From NCBI GenBank assembly GCA_963662405.2, contig CAXXKT010000001.1:896001-960000 (forward strand): 64,000 bases of DNA, in the 5' to 3' direction. Below the pieces are notes generated by a model. It was not told where the DNA came from and did no database searches. It saw nothing but the letters and a program-made list of their open reading frames with translations. This document shows positions 1 to 10,329 of this stretch, in pieces; position 1 is the stretch's first letter, and the number at the start of each line of letters is the position of its first letter. A program made the translations under genes and the position numbers. This DNA is from Syntrophales bacterium. Lineage in GTDB: Bacteria > Desulfobacterota > Syntrophia > Syntrophales > UBA2210.

Positions 1-710
1 ATCGCCTGCGACATCCGCATGCCCCCCACCATGTACGGCGATATGACCCGGTCAGCCCCCGCCTTGATCAACCTGCGTTCCGAGGCGTTATCCTCGAACC
101 GGGACAAGACAAAGACATCAGGATTCAGCTCTTTGGCGGTCAGGACAACATAGAGATTGTCGGCGTCCGTCGGAAGCGCGCATACCACCCCTTTGGCCCG
201 CTGGATTCCGGCCCTCAGGAGGGTGTTGTCATCGGTCGCGCTTCCGTTGACATACACAAAGCCGTCTTCCTCGATCCTCTCTACCACCTTCGGCCGATTG
301 TCCACGACGACAAAGTCAACTGCTTCATGGGCCAACTCCCGACAGACAAACCCGCCGATTTTTCCGTAACCGCATACGATATAATGGTCGTGCATATTCC
401 GTATCCGCTTTTCCAATTTACCCCTCCCCAATATCCGCTGCAATCGACCCTCCATGAAGGTCTCCATGACCACGGCAAAGGTATATGCCATCGTTCCCAC
501 ACCGAACACGATCAGAAAAATCGCAAAGGACTTTCCCGCCGGCGTGACGGGATAGAAATCACCGAAACCGACCGTGCCGAGGGTGACGATCGTCGCGTAG
601 AATGAATCTCCCCAAGACCATCCTTCAAGAAGGTGGTATCCCGCCATTCCCGAAATGATCGTTAAGATGAGGAACGAGAACGCAATCTTGAGTTTCAGCG
701 TCGATAGCAC
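1..710 (-). CDS. Potassium channel with TrkA-N (RCK) domain, runs off window start
   Basis: Manual translation from GTG at 710: MLSTLKLKIAFSFLIL...WGDSFYATIVTLGTVGFGDFYP (K+ filter TVGFG); near the window edge, RCK-type RRLIKAGADRVISPYMVGGMRM. Not in the ORF track because it has no stop in the window. Confidence 0.9.
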   Translation of the reverse strand, partial: MLSTLKLKIAFSFLILTIISGMAGYHLLEGWSWGDSFYATIVTLGTVGFGDFYPVTPAGKSFAIFLIVFGVGTMAYTFAVVMETFMEGRLQRILGRGKLEKRIRNMHDHYIVCGYGKIGGFVCRELAHEAVDFVVVDNRPKVVERIEEDGFVYVNGSATDDNTLLRAGIQRAKGVVCALPTDADNLYVVLTAKELNPDVFVLSRFEDNASERRLIKAGADRVISPYMVGGMRMSQA

Positions 711-756
711 GGGGGGCCCTCCCCTTCAGCCAATGATACCCGGTGGTAGACTCAGA

Positions 757-2379
757 CTAATCGCCTTGAGAGGCCTCAATGCCTATCAACTCGACAACCA
801 GCTCACTCGCCTCCTCATCAGGCATGGTGAAGACCAGCATGAAGGGGATCACTTCATCCGGTTTGATAGCTGCGTTGCGATAATCTCGCCCATAAGGATG
901 GGAGAGTTCTTTTTTGATTTCGTCGTTGGTCATGCCCTTCAATTCATCATCGGTGAGGATCGTTCCGCAGCTGGCCTCTTCTTTGGCAATCACAGCTCCG
1001 GTTGAATCCAGAATTTTACCCTGGACGCGTATGCTGGAAACCGGAACGGTGTTGGTATTCACGGCCGAACCTTCAACAACCATGATGGTCTGGTTGGTCC
1101 ACCCCTTGACGAACCGCTCCGCCACGTCTTTAAGAATGACCGTCAATTCGAGGGGTGTGCCCTGGGCGGCGTTTTGCTTTTCCGACTTCGACGTGCCGGG
1201 TGAAACGGCGGGGAGGACATCTTTTGCCTTTTCTGCACTTTCTTTGCCCAAGAGCTGTTCTATCGGTGCAAAAAGCCTCTTCGAAACCGACTCCCGCGCC
1301 TCAGGGAACACCCAGAGATATGCGCACGCCAACAGCAGGGCGATCAGTATAAAAATCAGCCCTATCTTTCTGACAAGGTGCCATCCCCTTCCGTGCCCTG
1401 TTTCCTTCGCGGTCCTCTCGTTGTACAGATCGTCGCCTACATCACCGAAGGTCCATGGTTCTTGTACCCGTTCTCCTCGGTCGGTTTTCTCACCGTCTGT
1501 TTCTTCACTATACTCTTCTTCTGAGCCTTCTTCCCATGGAAGATCGTGCTCGGCGGCACCTGTTTGGTCTTCGTCTCCGACAGGGTCTTTATCCTCCAAC
1601 GAATCGTACGCTTCTCGGTCAACCCCCAGCCTTTCACCGGTGTCTCGGGAGTCATGCCCTTCAATATCCTCGACCTCTCGGCAGGCATCTTCCCAGCTGG
1701 GCCCTTGTTCCAGACCCTTCGTTTCGATTTCGCCAAGGATATCATCTGACTCGCTACTTTTTTCGATTGCGATGCCTTCATCGGTCTCCTGGAAGGCCTC
1801 GTCCCAGCCGGGTTCCTGCGCGTCTGTCCCGACCGCGGGTTCTTTCGCCTCTGCATCCCCACCGGTCTCCCCGAAGGCATCGTCCCAGCCAGGTTCCTGC
1901 GCGTCTGTCCCGACCGCGGGTTCTTTCGCCTCTGCATCCCCACCGGTCTCCCCGAAGGCATCATCCCAGCCAGGCTCCTGCGCGTCTGTCCCGACCGCGG
2001 GTTCTTTCGCCTCTGCGTCCCCACCGGTCTCCCCGAAGGCATCATCCCAGCCAGGCTCCTGCGCGTCTGTCCCGACCGCGGGTTCTTTCGCCTCTGCATC
2101 CCCACCGGTCTCCCCGAAGGCGTCGTCCCATGAGGGCTCCTGATCGGCTTCTTCGCGGGCCTCTGTCGTAGCGGGGATGTCGCTTCTTTCTCCCGTTACC
2201 TCGTCCGGGGGTTCCTCTTCCTGTCCCATCAGATCCATCAGCGACGAGATTTCCATTGACGGATTTTTCTGAAAGAAGACCGTTTCGCAGTTGCGGCACC
2301 TAACCCATATCCCCTTGCCGGTTATTTTCTCCTTATTAAACCGGTATCTCGTCCCGCATTTTCTACATTGAATAATCAC
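757..2379 (-). CDS. Zinc-ribbon (MJ0042-type) / DUF3426 membrane protein with long acidic linker
   Basis: N-terminal CRKC...VRCRNC, Asp/Glu-rich linker, one TM (IGLIFILIALLLACAYLWVF), C-terminal beta-rich domain ending IPFMLVF. Confidence 0.8.
   Translation of the reverse strand: MIIQCRKCGTRYRFNKEKITGKGIWVRCRNCETVFFQKNPSMEISSLMDLMGQEEEPPDEVTGERSDIPATTEAREEADQEPSWDDAFGETGGDAEAKEPAVGTDAQEPGWDDAFGETGGDAEAKEPAVGTDAQEPGWDDAFGETGGDAEAKEPAVGTDAQEPGWDDAFGETGGDAEAKEPAVGTDAQEPGWDEAFQETDEGIAIEKSSESDDILGEIETKGLEQGPSWEDACREVEDIEGHDSRDTGERLGVDREAYDSLEDKDPVGDEDQTGAAEHDLPWEEGSEEEYSEETDGEKTDRGERVQEPWTFGDVGDDLYNERTAKETGHGRGWHLVRKIGLIFILIALLLACAYLWVFPEARESVSKRLFAPIEQLLGKESAEKAKDVLPAVSPGTSKSEKQNAAQGTPLELTVILKDVAERFVKGWTNQTIMVVEGSAVNTNTVPVSSIRVQGKILDSTGAVIAKEEASCGTILTDDELKGMTNDEIKKELSHPYGRDYRNAAIKPDEVIPFMLVFTMPDEEASELVVELIGIEASQGD
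1792..2131. repeat. Intragenic 81-bp tandem repeat, about 4.2 copies (27-aa unit EPGWDDAFGETGGDAEAKEPAVGTDAQ)
   Basis: (g/a)tccca motif recurs at 1801, 1882, 1963, 2044 and 2125 (period 81); units nearly identical. Confidence 0.95.
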
Positions 2380-2902
2380 CGTTTCCCTCCTTGATCACGT
2401 AAATGTCCGGCGAACACCTGAACTTTTCATCGAAATCAAGCCCGTATCCGACAAGGAACCCCTCATCCAATGCAAACCCCACATAGTCAACGACAAGCGT
2501 CCGTTCCCTTCTTTCTTTTTTGTCTATCAGGGTACATATCTGTACAGAGGCTGGATTTCGTCCCTTCAGTCGCTCTTGCAGAAACGCCATTGACTCTCCG
2601 GTATCGATGATATCTTCCACAATCACCACGGCCTTTCCGGCTATATCCGTTTCTAGGTCCTTTGACACGGTTATTTTCCCTGAACTGACCGTTCCGGAGC
2701 CATAGCTTGCCAACCGTACAAAATCGACCGTGTGCGGGATCTTCAGACACCTCGCCAAGTCCGCCAGGAAGATAAAGGCGCCCTTGAGCACGCCGACCAG
2801 CACGACATCCTTCCCCGCGAGGTCGCGGGAGATTCTCTCGGCCAGTTCTTGCACCCGTCCGGTAATTACCTCTCTTGAATACAGGAGCTTTTTCTCTTCC
2901 AC
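2363..2902 (-). CDS. hpt: Hypoxanthine phosphoribosyltransferase
   Basis: VLKGAFIFLADL, LASYGSGT, PRPP motif VVIVEDIIDTGES, FLVGYGLD. Confidence 0.95.
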   Translation of the reverse strand: MEEKKLLYSREVITGRVQELAERISRDLAGKDVVLVGVLKGAFIFLADLARCLKIPHTVDFVRLASYGSGTVSSGKITVSKDLETDIAGKAVVIVEDIIDTGESMAFLQERLKGRNPASVQICTLIDKKERRERTLVVDYVGFALDEGFLVGYGLDFDEKFRCSPDIYVIKEGNGDYSM

Positions 2903-2945
2903 AATATCCCCTTCTTGTTCAATAAAGATATGATATACACCCTTC

Positions 2946-3773
2946 TCAGAGAGTTTCCCCTGTGTAACAGGCGATAAATGCCTCGATCTTGTCCTGAATA
3001 ATCTCTTCCCCTCTTCTGAGTTCCTCGAGGGTCTCGAACCGTGAGGTGAGACTCAGAAATATCTTGTCGAATCTCGATCGTGCGCAGCCGAGGGCATCAT
3101 AATCAATGTGACTGATCATGTACTGTGAGCCGTCAAAGTAATATTTCCCGAAGCGGTTCGCGTCCGGGGACCGGAAAGGCCAGGAGATTTTCAATGAAAA
3201 AAAGTCGAGGGCGATTGCTTTGAGTGTACCCCGTATCCGCTCCGGGCGCACCGCCTCGTAGATCCCTTCACCGATAAAGCGGAAATACTCTTTGACCAGA
3301 TCGATATCGGTAATGCACAGGCCATACAGGTACCAGTCGTCAATAATCCTGATCAGGGCCTGCTTCTCCTCGCGGGAGATAAAGTGATAGCTGGGGCAGA
3401 AATGCCCATCACACAACTCCACTCCGTAGAATGACACGTCACGCATGTCCACCCCGCTGTTTTGAAGAGGATGGAGGAGACATCCCACCCTCCTCTCATC
3501 ATCATCGAGAAATCCCAGGTATTCACAGCAGTATATCACCTCGTAGAGCCGCTCACTCGGTTCCCCCCCTTTGACCCTATCCGAAAATCGTTTGAGATCG
3601 GCAGGAGAACCGACCATTTCGTGAAACAGCCTCGTCCGTTCCCTCAGTTTCGCGGTCAGTGCTTCCCGCGAACTGTCGGCATAGTTATAAAGGCCGCAAC
3701 AGGCTCCACAAGATTTATCGGTATCCGGCTGACAGAGGTGTATGAGGTCTTCTCCCTTCATAAAACGATCCAT
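2946..3773 (-). CDS. Hypothetical Cys-rich protein, possible Fe-S/Zn binding
   Basis: 275-aa ORF with SCGACCG, CCEYLGF, GCLLHP, CDGHFCP. Confidence 0.7.
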   Translation of the reverse strand: MDRFMKGEDLIHLCQPDTDKSCGACCGLYNYADSSREALTAKLRERTRLFHEMVGSPADLKRFSDRVKGGEPSERLYEVIYCCEYLGFLDDDERRVGCLLHPLQNSGVDMRDVSFYGVELCDGHFCPSYHFISREEKQALIRIIDDWYLYGLCITDIDLVKEYFRFIGEGIYEAVRPERIRGTLKAIALDFFSLKISWPFRSPDANRFGKYYFDGSQYMISHIDYDALGCARSRFDKIFLSLTSRFETLEELRRGEEIIQDKIEAFIACYTGETL

Positions 3774-3973
3774 GCTATCCTTCCCGATCGATTTTCTTTA
3801 TATAGTCAAGCAGCCTCAAAAGGCAAGGATATTATGGTTGTAATCAGGAGCAAAACAGTATAGGTAGACTCGGTAGAAGGATCTTTACGAGATTCGAACG
3901 AGGAATGATACTGCCCTCTACACGCGAATCTCCTCTGGGTATTTCAAAACGAAACGGTAACAGGAAGGTCACC

Positions 3974-5425
3974 ATGGATACAGGTAATCACCACATACGG
4001 GTTCGATTTGCCCCCAGTCCGACAGGATACCTCCATGTCGGCGGGCTGAGAACGGCTCTGTTCAACTATCTTTTTGCACGCAAAGGGGGAGGGAAATTTA
4101 TTCTCCGTATTGAAGATACGGACCAGAAACGGTCCATTCCCGATGCCCTCGAAAATCTTATCTCCACGCTGACGCGAGCCGGGCTCCAACACGACGAAGG
4201 GCCCGATGTAGGGGGAGAATACGGACCGTACATCCAGTCACAACGAGTTGAAATCTATCAGGAACATATCCGGAAACTCCTGGATGCCGGGCATGCCTAC
4301 TACTGTTTCTGCGACGAGGAACGCCTGGAAAAACTCAGAGACGAACAGCGGAAGAGAAAGCGGCCGCCCATGTACGACGGTCGATGCAGGAACCTATCGA
4401 AAGAAGATGTCGCCGACAAACTCGCACGGGGGGTGCCCTTTGTCATCCGCCTGCGTTATCCCCAGGAGGGAAAGACCGTTTTCGACGATATCGTACGCAA
4501 CCGGGTCGCAATCGATAACTCCCAGGTCGATGATCAAGTCCTGATCAAGTCCGATGGTTTTCCCACCTACCATTTTGCGAGCGTCGTGGACGATCACCTG
4601 ATGAAGATTAGCCACGTCATACGCGGTGAGGAATGGCTCTCCAGCGTGCCGAAGCACATCTTTCTGTACAAAGCCTTCGGGTGGGAGGTCCCCGTTTTTG
4701 TGCATCTCCCCCTGCTTCTCAATACCGACCGGAGCAAGCTGAGCAAACGCCAGGGTGATGTCTCCGTCGAGAGTTACCTCGAAAAGGGGTATCTTACCGA
4801 GGCGCTGCTCAACTTTATCGCCCTTCTCGGTTGGCATTCGGCGGATGACCGGGAGATTTACTCCCTACAAGAGCTGGAAGAGGTCTTTTCCCTGGAGAGA
4901 ATAAACAAAGCCGGGGCCGTTTTCGATATGGAGAAGCTCAACTGGATGGGGGGATACTACATCCGGCACCTCGACGTTCCCTATATCGCCGACCAGGCGA
5001 GACGTTTCTTCGAAGAGGCCGGAATCGATATCAGCGATACCGAAAAGTATCTGAAGGTCATCGCCACCGCCCGCGATTATGTCTCCTGCCTTTCGATGAT
5101 CGTGGAACATGCCCGCATGTTCTACGATACGCTGACCGTCTCGGAAGAGGACAAGGAACTCCTCGAAAAGGAAGATTCGCAACGTATCATCGCATACTGG
5201 GTCGAGGCGCTCGGTCGAAGGGAGAAATGGACGCCGGATGATGTGTCGGCCCTTGTCAAGAAGGCCATCGGCGAGCTGGGCGTCAAGGGAAAGGGCTTCT
5301 ATTTCCCTCTCCGTCTCGCTCTTTTCGGAAACTGTCATGGGCCCGACATCCCAACACTGATTGATATCCTCGGGAGGGAGGAGTCCGTCGAGCGGCTGAC
5401 CCGGGCCATGCAACTCGAGCGGTAG
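3974..5425 (+). CDS. gltX: Glutamate--tRNA ligase
   Basis: RVRFAPSPTGYLHVGG (HIGH-like), LRIEDTD, HVIRGEEW, KLSKR (KMSKS-like); ATG 3974 chosen as start. Confidence 0.96.
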   Translation: MDTGNHHIRVRFAPSPTGYLHVGGLRTALFNYLFARKGGGKFILRIEDTDQKRSIPDALENLISTLTRAGLQHDEGPDVGGEYGPYIQSQRVEIYQEHIRKLLDAGHAYYCFCDEERLEKLRDEQRKRKRPPMYDGRCRNLSKEDVADKLARGVPFVIRLRYPQEGKTVFDDIVRNRVAIDNSQVDDQVLIKSDGFPTYHFASVVDDHLMKISHVIRGEEWLSSVPKHIFLYKAFGWEVPVFVHLPLLLNTDRSKLSKRQGDVSVESYLEKGYLTEALLNFIALLGWHSADDREIYSLQELEEVFSLERINKAGAVFDMEKLNWMGGYYIRHLDVPYIADQARRFFEEAGIDISDTEKYLKVIATARDYVSCLSMIVEHARMFYDTLTVSEEDKELLEKEDSQRIIAYWVEALGRREKWTPDDVSALVKKAIGELGVKGKGFYFPLRLALFGNCHGPDIPTLIDILGREESVERLTRAMQLER

Positions 5426-5704
5426 GAGACCCTTATCTACTCTACCCCTCTCCGGTCTTTCCTTGCCAGGCGGCATAGATTGCAAGGGCGATGATGCCAG
5501 CTCTCGTAGATATGCCGATCCTTTCCATGGCCATGATCCCATAGGACACATCACCGCCCCCGATGGGCATGGGGATGATGAGGAGGGTACGCGCTCATGG
5601 CCTGTTCCTCTGTCTCGCCTCGGGCGGCAGCCTCCCAAAGGTTTCCTGTATGATTCCCGTGCCATGGCATAATGGATTGACTGCTCATCTCACGGAGAGA
5701 AGAG

Positions 5705-5746
5705 AAAAATGGAGGCGGCGGATCATCGGTTGAACGATGGTCCGCC
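5705..5746 (-). terminator. Probable intrinsic terminator after gdhA
   Basis: Stem ggcggatcatcg (5717-5728) / cgatggtccgcc (5735-5746), followed by a T-run on the minus strand. Confidence 0.6.
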
Positions 5747-5767
5747 GGCCTTCCACAATCACACGAG

Positions 5768-7117
5768 CTATACGATACCCTGGGCCATCATCGCCTCTGC
5801 CACTTTTGTGAAACCGGCGATGTTCGCGCCGTTGACGTAATTGCCGGGCGTGCCATACTCATTTGCGGCCTCGACGGAGGCGGTGTGGATACTCTTCATG
5901 ATCCGTTTCAGATAATCATCAACCTCCTCGCGGGTCCAACTCAGACGCATGCTGTTTTGTGTCATCTCAAGACCGGAGACGGAAACACCGCCGGCATTCG
6001 CGGCCTTTCCGGGCGCGTAGAGGATCCCGGCGTCGATGAAGGCCTCCACCCCTTCCGGGACGGTCGGCATGTTTGCACCCTCACTGACAAACTGGATCCC
6101 ATTGGCGACGAGATTCTTCGCGTCCTTCGCGTTGATCTCGTTCTGGGTCGCGGAGGGAAATGCGCCGTCCGCCTTATGATTCCAGAGGGGATTGTAATCG
6201 AGCGAGGGATCGATCGGGGTATAAACGGCATCGGGATACTTATCGGCATATTCCTTGATGCGGCCGCGCTTGAAATTCTTGAGATCCATGACGAAATCCA
6301 GTTTGCCGCGATCGATGCCTTCTTCATCATAGATGTATCCCGAGGAATCGGAAAGGGTTATCGCCTTGCCTCCCAGGTCAAGGATCTTTTCCACCGCATA
6401 CTGGGCCACATTCCCGGAGCCGGACACGAGACAGCTCTTCCCTTCGAGTGTCTCGCCGCGGGTGGCAAGCATCTCCGCGGCAAAGTAGACCGCCCCGTAT
6501 CCCGTCGCCTCGGGACGGATCAGGCTGCCGCCCCAGGTCAGTCCCTTCCCGGTCAAGACACCGGTAAACTCATTACGCAGTTTCTTGTACATGCCGAAGA
6601 GGAACCCGATCTCCCTTCCTCCGACGCCGATATCCCCGGCGGGGACGTCCGTGTGGGGGCCGATGTACCTGAATATCTCGGACATGAAGCTGTGGCAAAA
6701 ACGCATGACCTCCGTATCCGACTTCCCCTTGGGATCAAAGTTGGAACCCCCCTTCGCCCCGCCCATCGGGAGGGTTGTCAGGGCGTTCTTGAATACCTGC
6801 TCAAACCCCAGAAACTTGAGGATGCTCAGGTTGACCGACGGATGAAACCGGAAGCCGCCCTTGTAGGGCCCGATTGCGCTGCTCATCTGAATACGATAGC
6901 CCCTGTTGATCTGGACCTCGCCGCGGTCGTCCACCCAGGGCACGCGGAACAAGATGACACGCTCAGGCTCAACCATCCGCTCAAGAATCTTTGCCTTGCG
7001 GTATTCAGGATGCTTGTCCAAGACCGGTGCCACCGACTCGGCCACCTCCGAAACAGCCTGAAGAAACTCCGCTTCCCCAGGGTTACACTCTTCACACATC
7101 TTCATAAAATCCAACAT
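5768..7117 (-). CDS. gdhA: NADP-specific glutamate dehydrogenase
   Basis: GPYKGGFRFHP, LPMGGAKGG, DVPAGDIGVG, RPEATGYG, GSGNVA, PGKAANAGGV. Confidence 0.96.
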   Translation of the reverse strand: MLDFMKMCEECNPGEAEFLQAVSEVAESVAPVLDKHPEYRKAKILERMVEPERVILFRVPWVDDRGEVQINRGYRIQMSSAIGPYKGGFRFHPSVNLSILKFLGFEQVFKNALTTLPMGGAKGGSNFDPKGKSDTEVMRFCHSFMSEIFRYIGPHTDVPAGDIGVGGREIGFLFGMYKKLRNEFTGVLTGKGLTWGGSLIRPEATGYGAVYFAAEMLATRGETLEGKSCLVSGSGNVAQYAVEKILDLGGKAITLSDSSGYIYDEEGIDRGKLDFVMDLKNFKRGRIKEYADKYPDAVYTPIDPSLDYNPLWNHKADGAFPSATQNEINAKDAKNLVANGIQFVSEGANMPTVPEGVEAFIDAGILYAPGKAANAGGVSVSGLEMTQNSMRLSWTREEVDDYLKRIMKSIHTASVEAANEYGTPGNYVNGANIAGFTKVAEAMMAQGIV

Positions 7118-8111
7118 TGCTGCGCTCTCCCTTCATTTGTTTTTATATATTTTATTCTGCATTGTGGCGTGAGAAGGAATTATCCTCTCCCCGTCATACG
7201 ACTGCAAGCCGCCTCTAACGAAGCAGCCGCATACTTGCAGTACAATACCCCGAGCCACCATACAGCCCACGCCAAATGGCGGTACGTTTCACCAGAGTAA
7301 TGAATGCCATCGCTCACGTAAGGTCGGTTACAGGGGCAAATCAAGAAGCGTACCATTTGAACGGGAACCACTTTTTAGTAAATACTACATTTGTGTTAAA
7401 ATGCAACTAAAAAGAGCTCCGATCAGACAGATCGTCAAGCGAAACTTACACCTGCGCAGATTTCTCCCTTCCCAGAAGCGAACAGTCCGTCATCCCCTTT
7501 TGACCATTGATTATACCGTCCACCAAGGCACCCCACAGATCCGGCACCCTCTCTCAAAGGAAGCCGTCGTATCGAGTACGCAGTAGTTACTTCCCTCGAG
7601 GTGTATGATTATGAGATGGGGGTAATGAACGTTACGTCTTGGTAGAGGCAAAGAACGTAAGCGCAAAAAATACCGGAGCCATCACAGGGAGGGCCTCCCC
7701 CCCATGAATGCGATGGCGGCAGAGATTTCTTTGGTGCAAAGAGGAAATATCGCCTTGAGATATCGAGTTCAAGAAGTGGATTACCCCGTCCACAGAGGGG
7801 TATCCGAAAGGCTTAAATGAGGGGAATGGCATCCCCTGCCCTTGTTTCACATTCATCGCCATCCACAGGACACGCTATTTCATAAATGAAGACATCGATT
7901 CACCTGAAATTGTGTCCTCATACGATTTTGTCGTCAACATCGGGAGAGAATGCTTCTTGCACGCTAGCGGAGGGAAGACCCCATCGCTTGAGATAGTCCG
8001 TACTGATCCGAAAAGGCATATCGACTCCGCGCAAGAGGTGATCACAGCACCTCCAAAAGACCAGACGCTAAACACGTCTTCGCCATGCCTTAACCACCAT
8101 GATCTGATTTT

Positions 8112-9161
8112 TTAGGAAAATTTGTTTTTCAGCGCGTTTGTCGTCTGCTCCGCTTCGGACACCGTCCGTTCTATCAGTTCCTTGACGGTGGGCAGATCCT
8201 GAATCCCGCCGACGTTCTGTCCCACAAACAGGACTCCCTGCTTCATGTCACCTTCGTAGATGGCTTTCATGGATCTCACGGCGCCGACGGCCTGCCGAGC
8301 CTGTGTCCACAAGGAGGCGCCGTCTTCACCGGCCAGCATAGTTTTAAACCCCATGGAGAAGAAGGCCGGATAGGACATATTCAAGACCTTTCGGATCTTC
8401 ATGGCCGCTTGGAAGCGTTCCAAGAGCCCGAACCGATTTTTTTGTACGTCTTCAGCTCCTTTGCTTTTCAAAACACGGCTCCACATGCCGTCGAAAACCG
8501 TGTCATAGAAGGTATCCTGCTCCGTCGCAGCCAGACACAGCTGCTTGAAGTTCTCATGAAGGACACACTCTTTCGTCAACATGAAGCGGGTGCCCATGGA
8601 AACCCCTTCCGCCCCAAGGGCCAAAGCGGCAGCCAAGCCCGGACCGTTATAGATGCCACCGGCGGCAATGACGGGAACCTTAATGGTACTGGCGGCAACG
8701 GGAACGAGAACCATGGAGGTTGCCTTGTCCCCGTGGGCGGCCGCTTCGTGACCTGTCACAACGACGGCATCACATCCCAGCTGGGCCGCCTTGGCGGCAT
8801 GCTTGGCCAGGGCGGTTGTCCCGAGGACCTTACCTCCGTAGGCATGAACTTGATCGATAAACCAGGGCTTGCCCAGAGTATAGTTGAGAATAGGCACCTT
8901 CTCCTCCACGGCCACTTTGATTTTCTCCTGAGAACCGGGACGGAGAATCACGTTTACACCAAAGGGTTTATCCGTCAGTCGTCGGATCTCCCGTATATTT
9001 TCCCGCATCTCATCGGGGGTACACCGGGCGGTGGCAAATACCCCCAATCCACCGGCATTGCTGACCGCCGCGACCAATTGGGTATCCGTAATCCAGTTCA
9101 TTCCTGCTAGCATGATAGGGTATTCAATGTCGAACAGTTCCGTCATTCGTGTTTTTAACAT
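8112..9161 (-). CDS. Nitronate monooxygenase / FabK-like flavoprotein
   Basis: LVAAVSNAGGLG, GHEAAAHG, PVIAAGGI, ALGAEGVSMGTRF. Confidence 0.88.
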   Translation of the reverse strand: MLKTRMTELFDIEYPIMLAGMNWITDTQLVAAVSNAGGLGVFATARCTPDEMRENIREIRRLTDKPFGVNVILRPGSQEKIKVAVEEKVPILNYTLGKPWFIDQVHAYGGKVLGTTALAKHAAKAAQLGCDAVVVTGHEAAAHGDKATSMVLVPVAASTIKVPVIAAGGIYNGPGLAAALALGAEGVSMGTRFMLTKECVLHENFKQLCLAATEQDTFYDTVFDGMWSRVLKSKGAEDVQKNRFGLLERFQAAMKIRKVLNMSYPAFFSMGFKTMLAGEDGASLWTQARQAVGAVRSMKAIYEGDMKQGVLFVGQNVGGIQDLPTVKELIERTVSEAEQTTNALKNKFS

Positions 9162-9257
9162 CTTTTTCTTCTTCTCCTCACTCCTTCAATTTTATTTGCA
9201 CATCCGGATGAATTCCACTGTTTTGAGGGTCAGCATGAGCACCGCCATGGACAGATG

Positions 9258-10115
9258 CTACTTGAAAGAACGCTCCTTCCACCAAGGAAAGAAGGGGGGC
9301 ATATCAGTGCTCAGCTTCTCGGGGAATTGAGGCGGCCGCTTCTCCATAAAGGATGTTACGCCCTCCTGGGCATCCGGAGATTTGCCGGTATAATACATGC
9401 CCAGAGAATCCACCTTGTGGGCCTGCATGGGGTGATCCTCCCCCAGCATACGCCACATCATTTGGCGAATGAGTGCAACTGAAACGGCAGATGTGTTGTC
9501 GGCGATTTCCCGGGCTACTTGATTCGCAACGGTTAACAGATCTTCCGATGTGTGAACGCTCCGAATCAGACCGCCTTTCAGGGCCTCATCCGCTGAGAAA
9601 ACCCGTCCTGAAAATGTCCATTCCAGGGCCTGGTTGATGCCGACGATGCGGGGTAAAAACCAGCTCGAGCAGGCTTCAGATAAGATCCCGCGGCGGGCAA
9701 AAACAAAACCGAAACGGGCATTGTCTGAAGAGATACGGATATCCATGGGCAATGTCATTGTTGCCCCGACGCCTACCGCCGGGCCGTTGATGGCGGCAAT
9801 GACCGGTTTGAGGCATTCGAAGATGCGCAGCGTCACGAGACCGCCCCCGTCACGATGTGCCGCAGCGCCGGCATGATCCTCCCGCGATGTAAAATCGAAG
9901 GTACTGCCGGCGGGGGCAAGATCGGAGCCGGCACAGAAGGCCCGTCCGGCACCGGTAATAATGACGACCCGAACGTCGTCATCCGCATCCGCCCTGCCAA
10001 AAGCGTCGATGAGTTCATTTCTCATGGTTGTTGTGAAGGCATTGAGCCGGTCGGGGCGATTGAGGGTAATGGTCAAGATTTGATCCTGGACGTCGTAAAG
10101 CAACTGTTCATACAT
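9258..10115 (-). CDS. Enoyl-CoA hydratase/isomerase (crotonase)
   Basis: ITLNRPDRLNAF, GAGRAFCAGSD, KPVIAAINGPAVGVG. Confidence 0.92.
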   Translation of the reverse strand: MYEQLLYDVQDQILTITLNRPDRLNAFTTTMRNELIDAFGRADADDDVRVVIITGAGRAFCAGSDLAPAGSTFDFTSREDHAGAAAHRDGGGLVTLRIFECLKPVIAAINGPAVGVGATMTLPMDIRISSDNARFGFVFARRGILSEACSSWFLPRIVGINQALEWTFSGRVFSADEALKGGLIRSVHTSEDLLTVANQVAREIADNTSAVSVALIRQMMWRMLGEDHPMQAHKVDSLGMYYTGKSPDAQEGVTSFMEKRPPQFPEKLSTDMPPFFPWWKERSFK

Positions 10116-10329
10116 TTTTTTACACTCCTTGAAAATGGGTTAAGAAATAGAGATCAATCGAACAAACAGTATCACTACATAGGGAAAAAGGTCGCTGCCG
10201 GACTCATGGATAGGCAGCTCATCCAAGCATTGTTACAGAGGTAAAATAACAAAGAGGTCACCGATGAAATAGGCGGATACAATCATCGTAACACGTTGAA
10301 ATTCGATAGTGGTAGGGTATGAATGCACG

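Noticed and set aside
1792..2131. Possible CRISPR array
   Set aside because: Contiguous in-frame units without unique spacers; no cas genes
914..2171. Several repetitive overlapping ORFs in other frames
   Set aside because: Produced by the stop-free 81-bp repeat
5885..7300. 471-aa ORF antisense to gdhA, and similar long antisense ORFs (17034-18743, 21531-23408, 27755-29020, 37677-39236)
   Set aside because: Shadows of well-supported genes on the other strand; expected from GC-rich codon usage; no motifs
7400..8110. Short ORFs between gdhA and the nitronate monooxygenase gene
   Set aside because: No recognisable motifs or convincing RBS; may be eroded DNA but cannot be assigned
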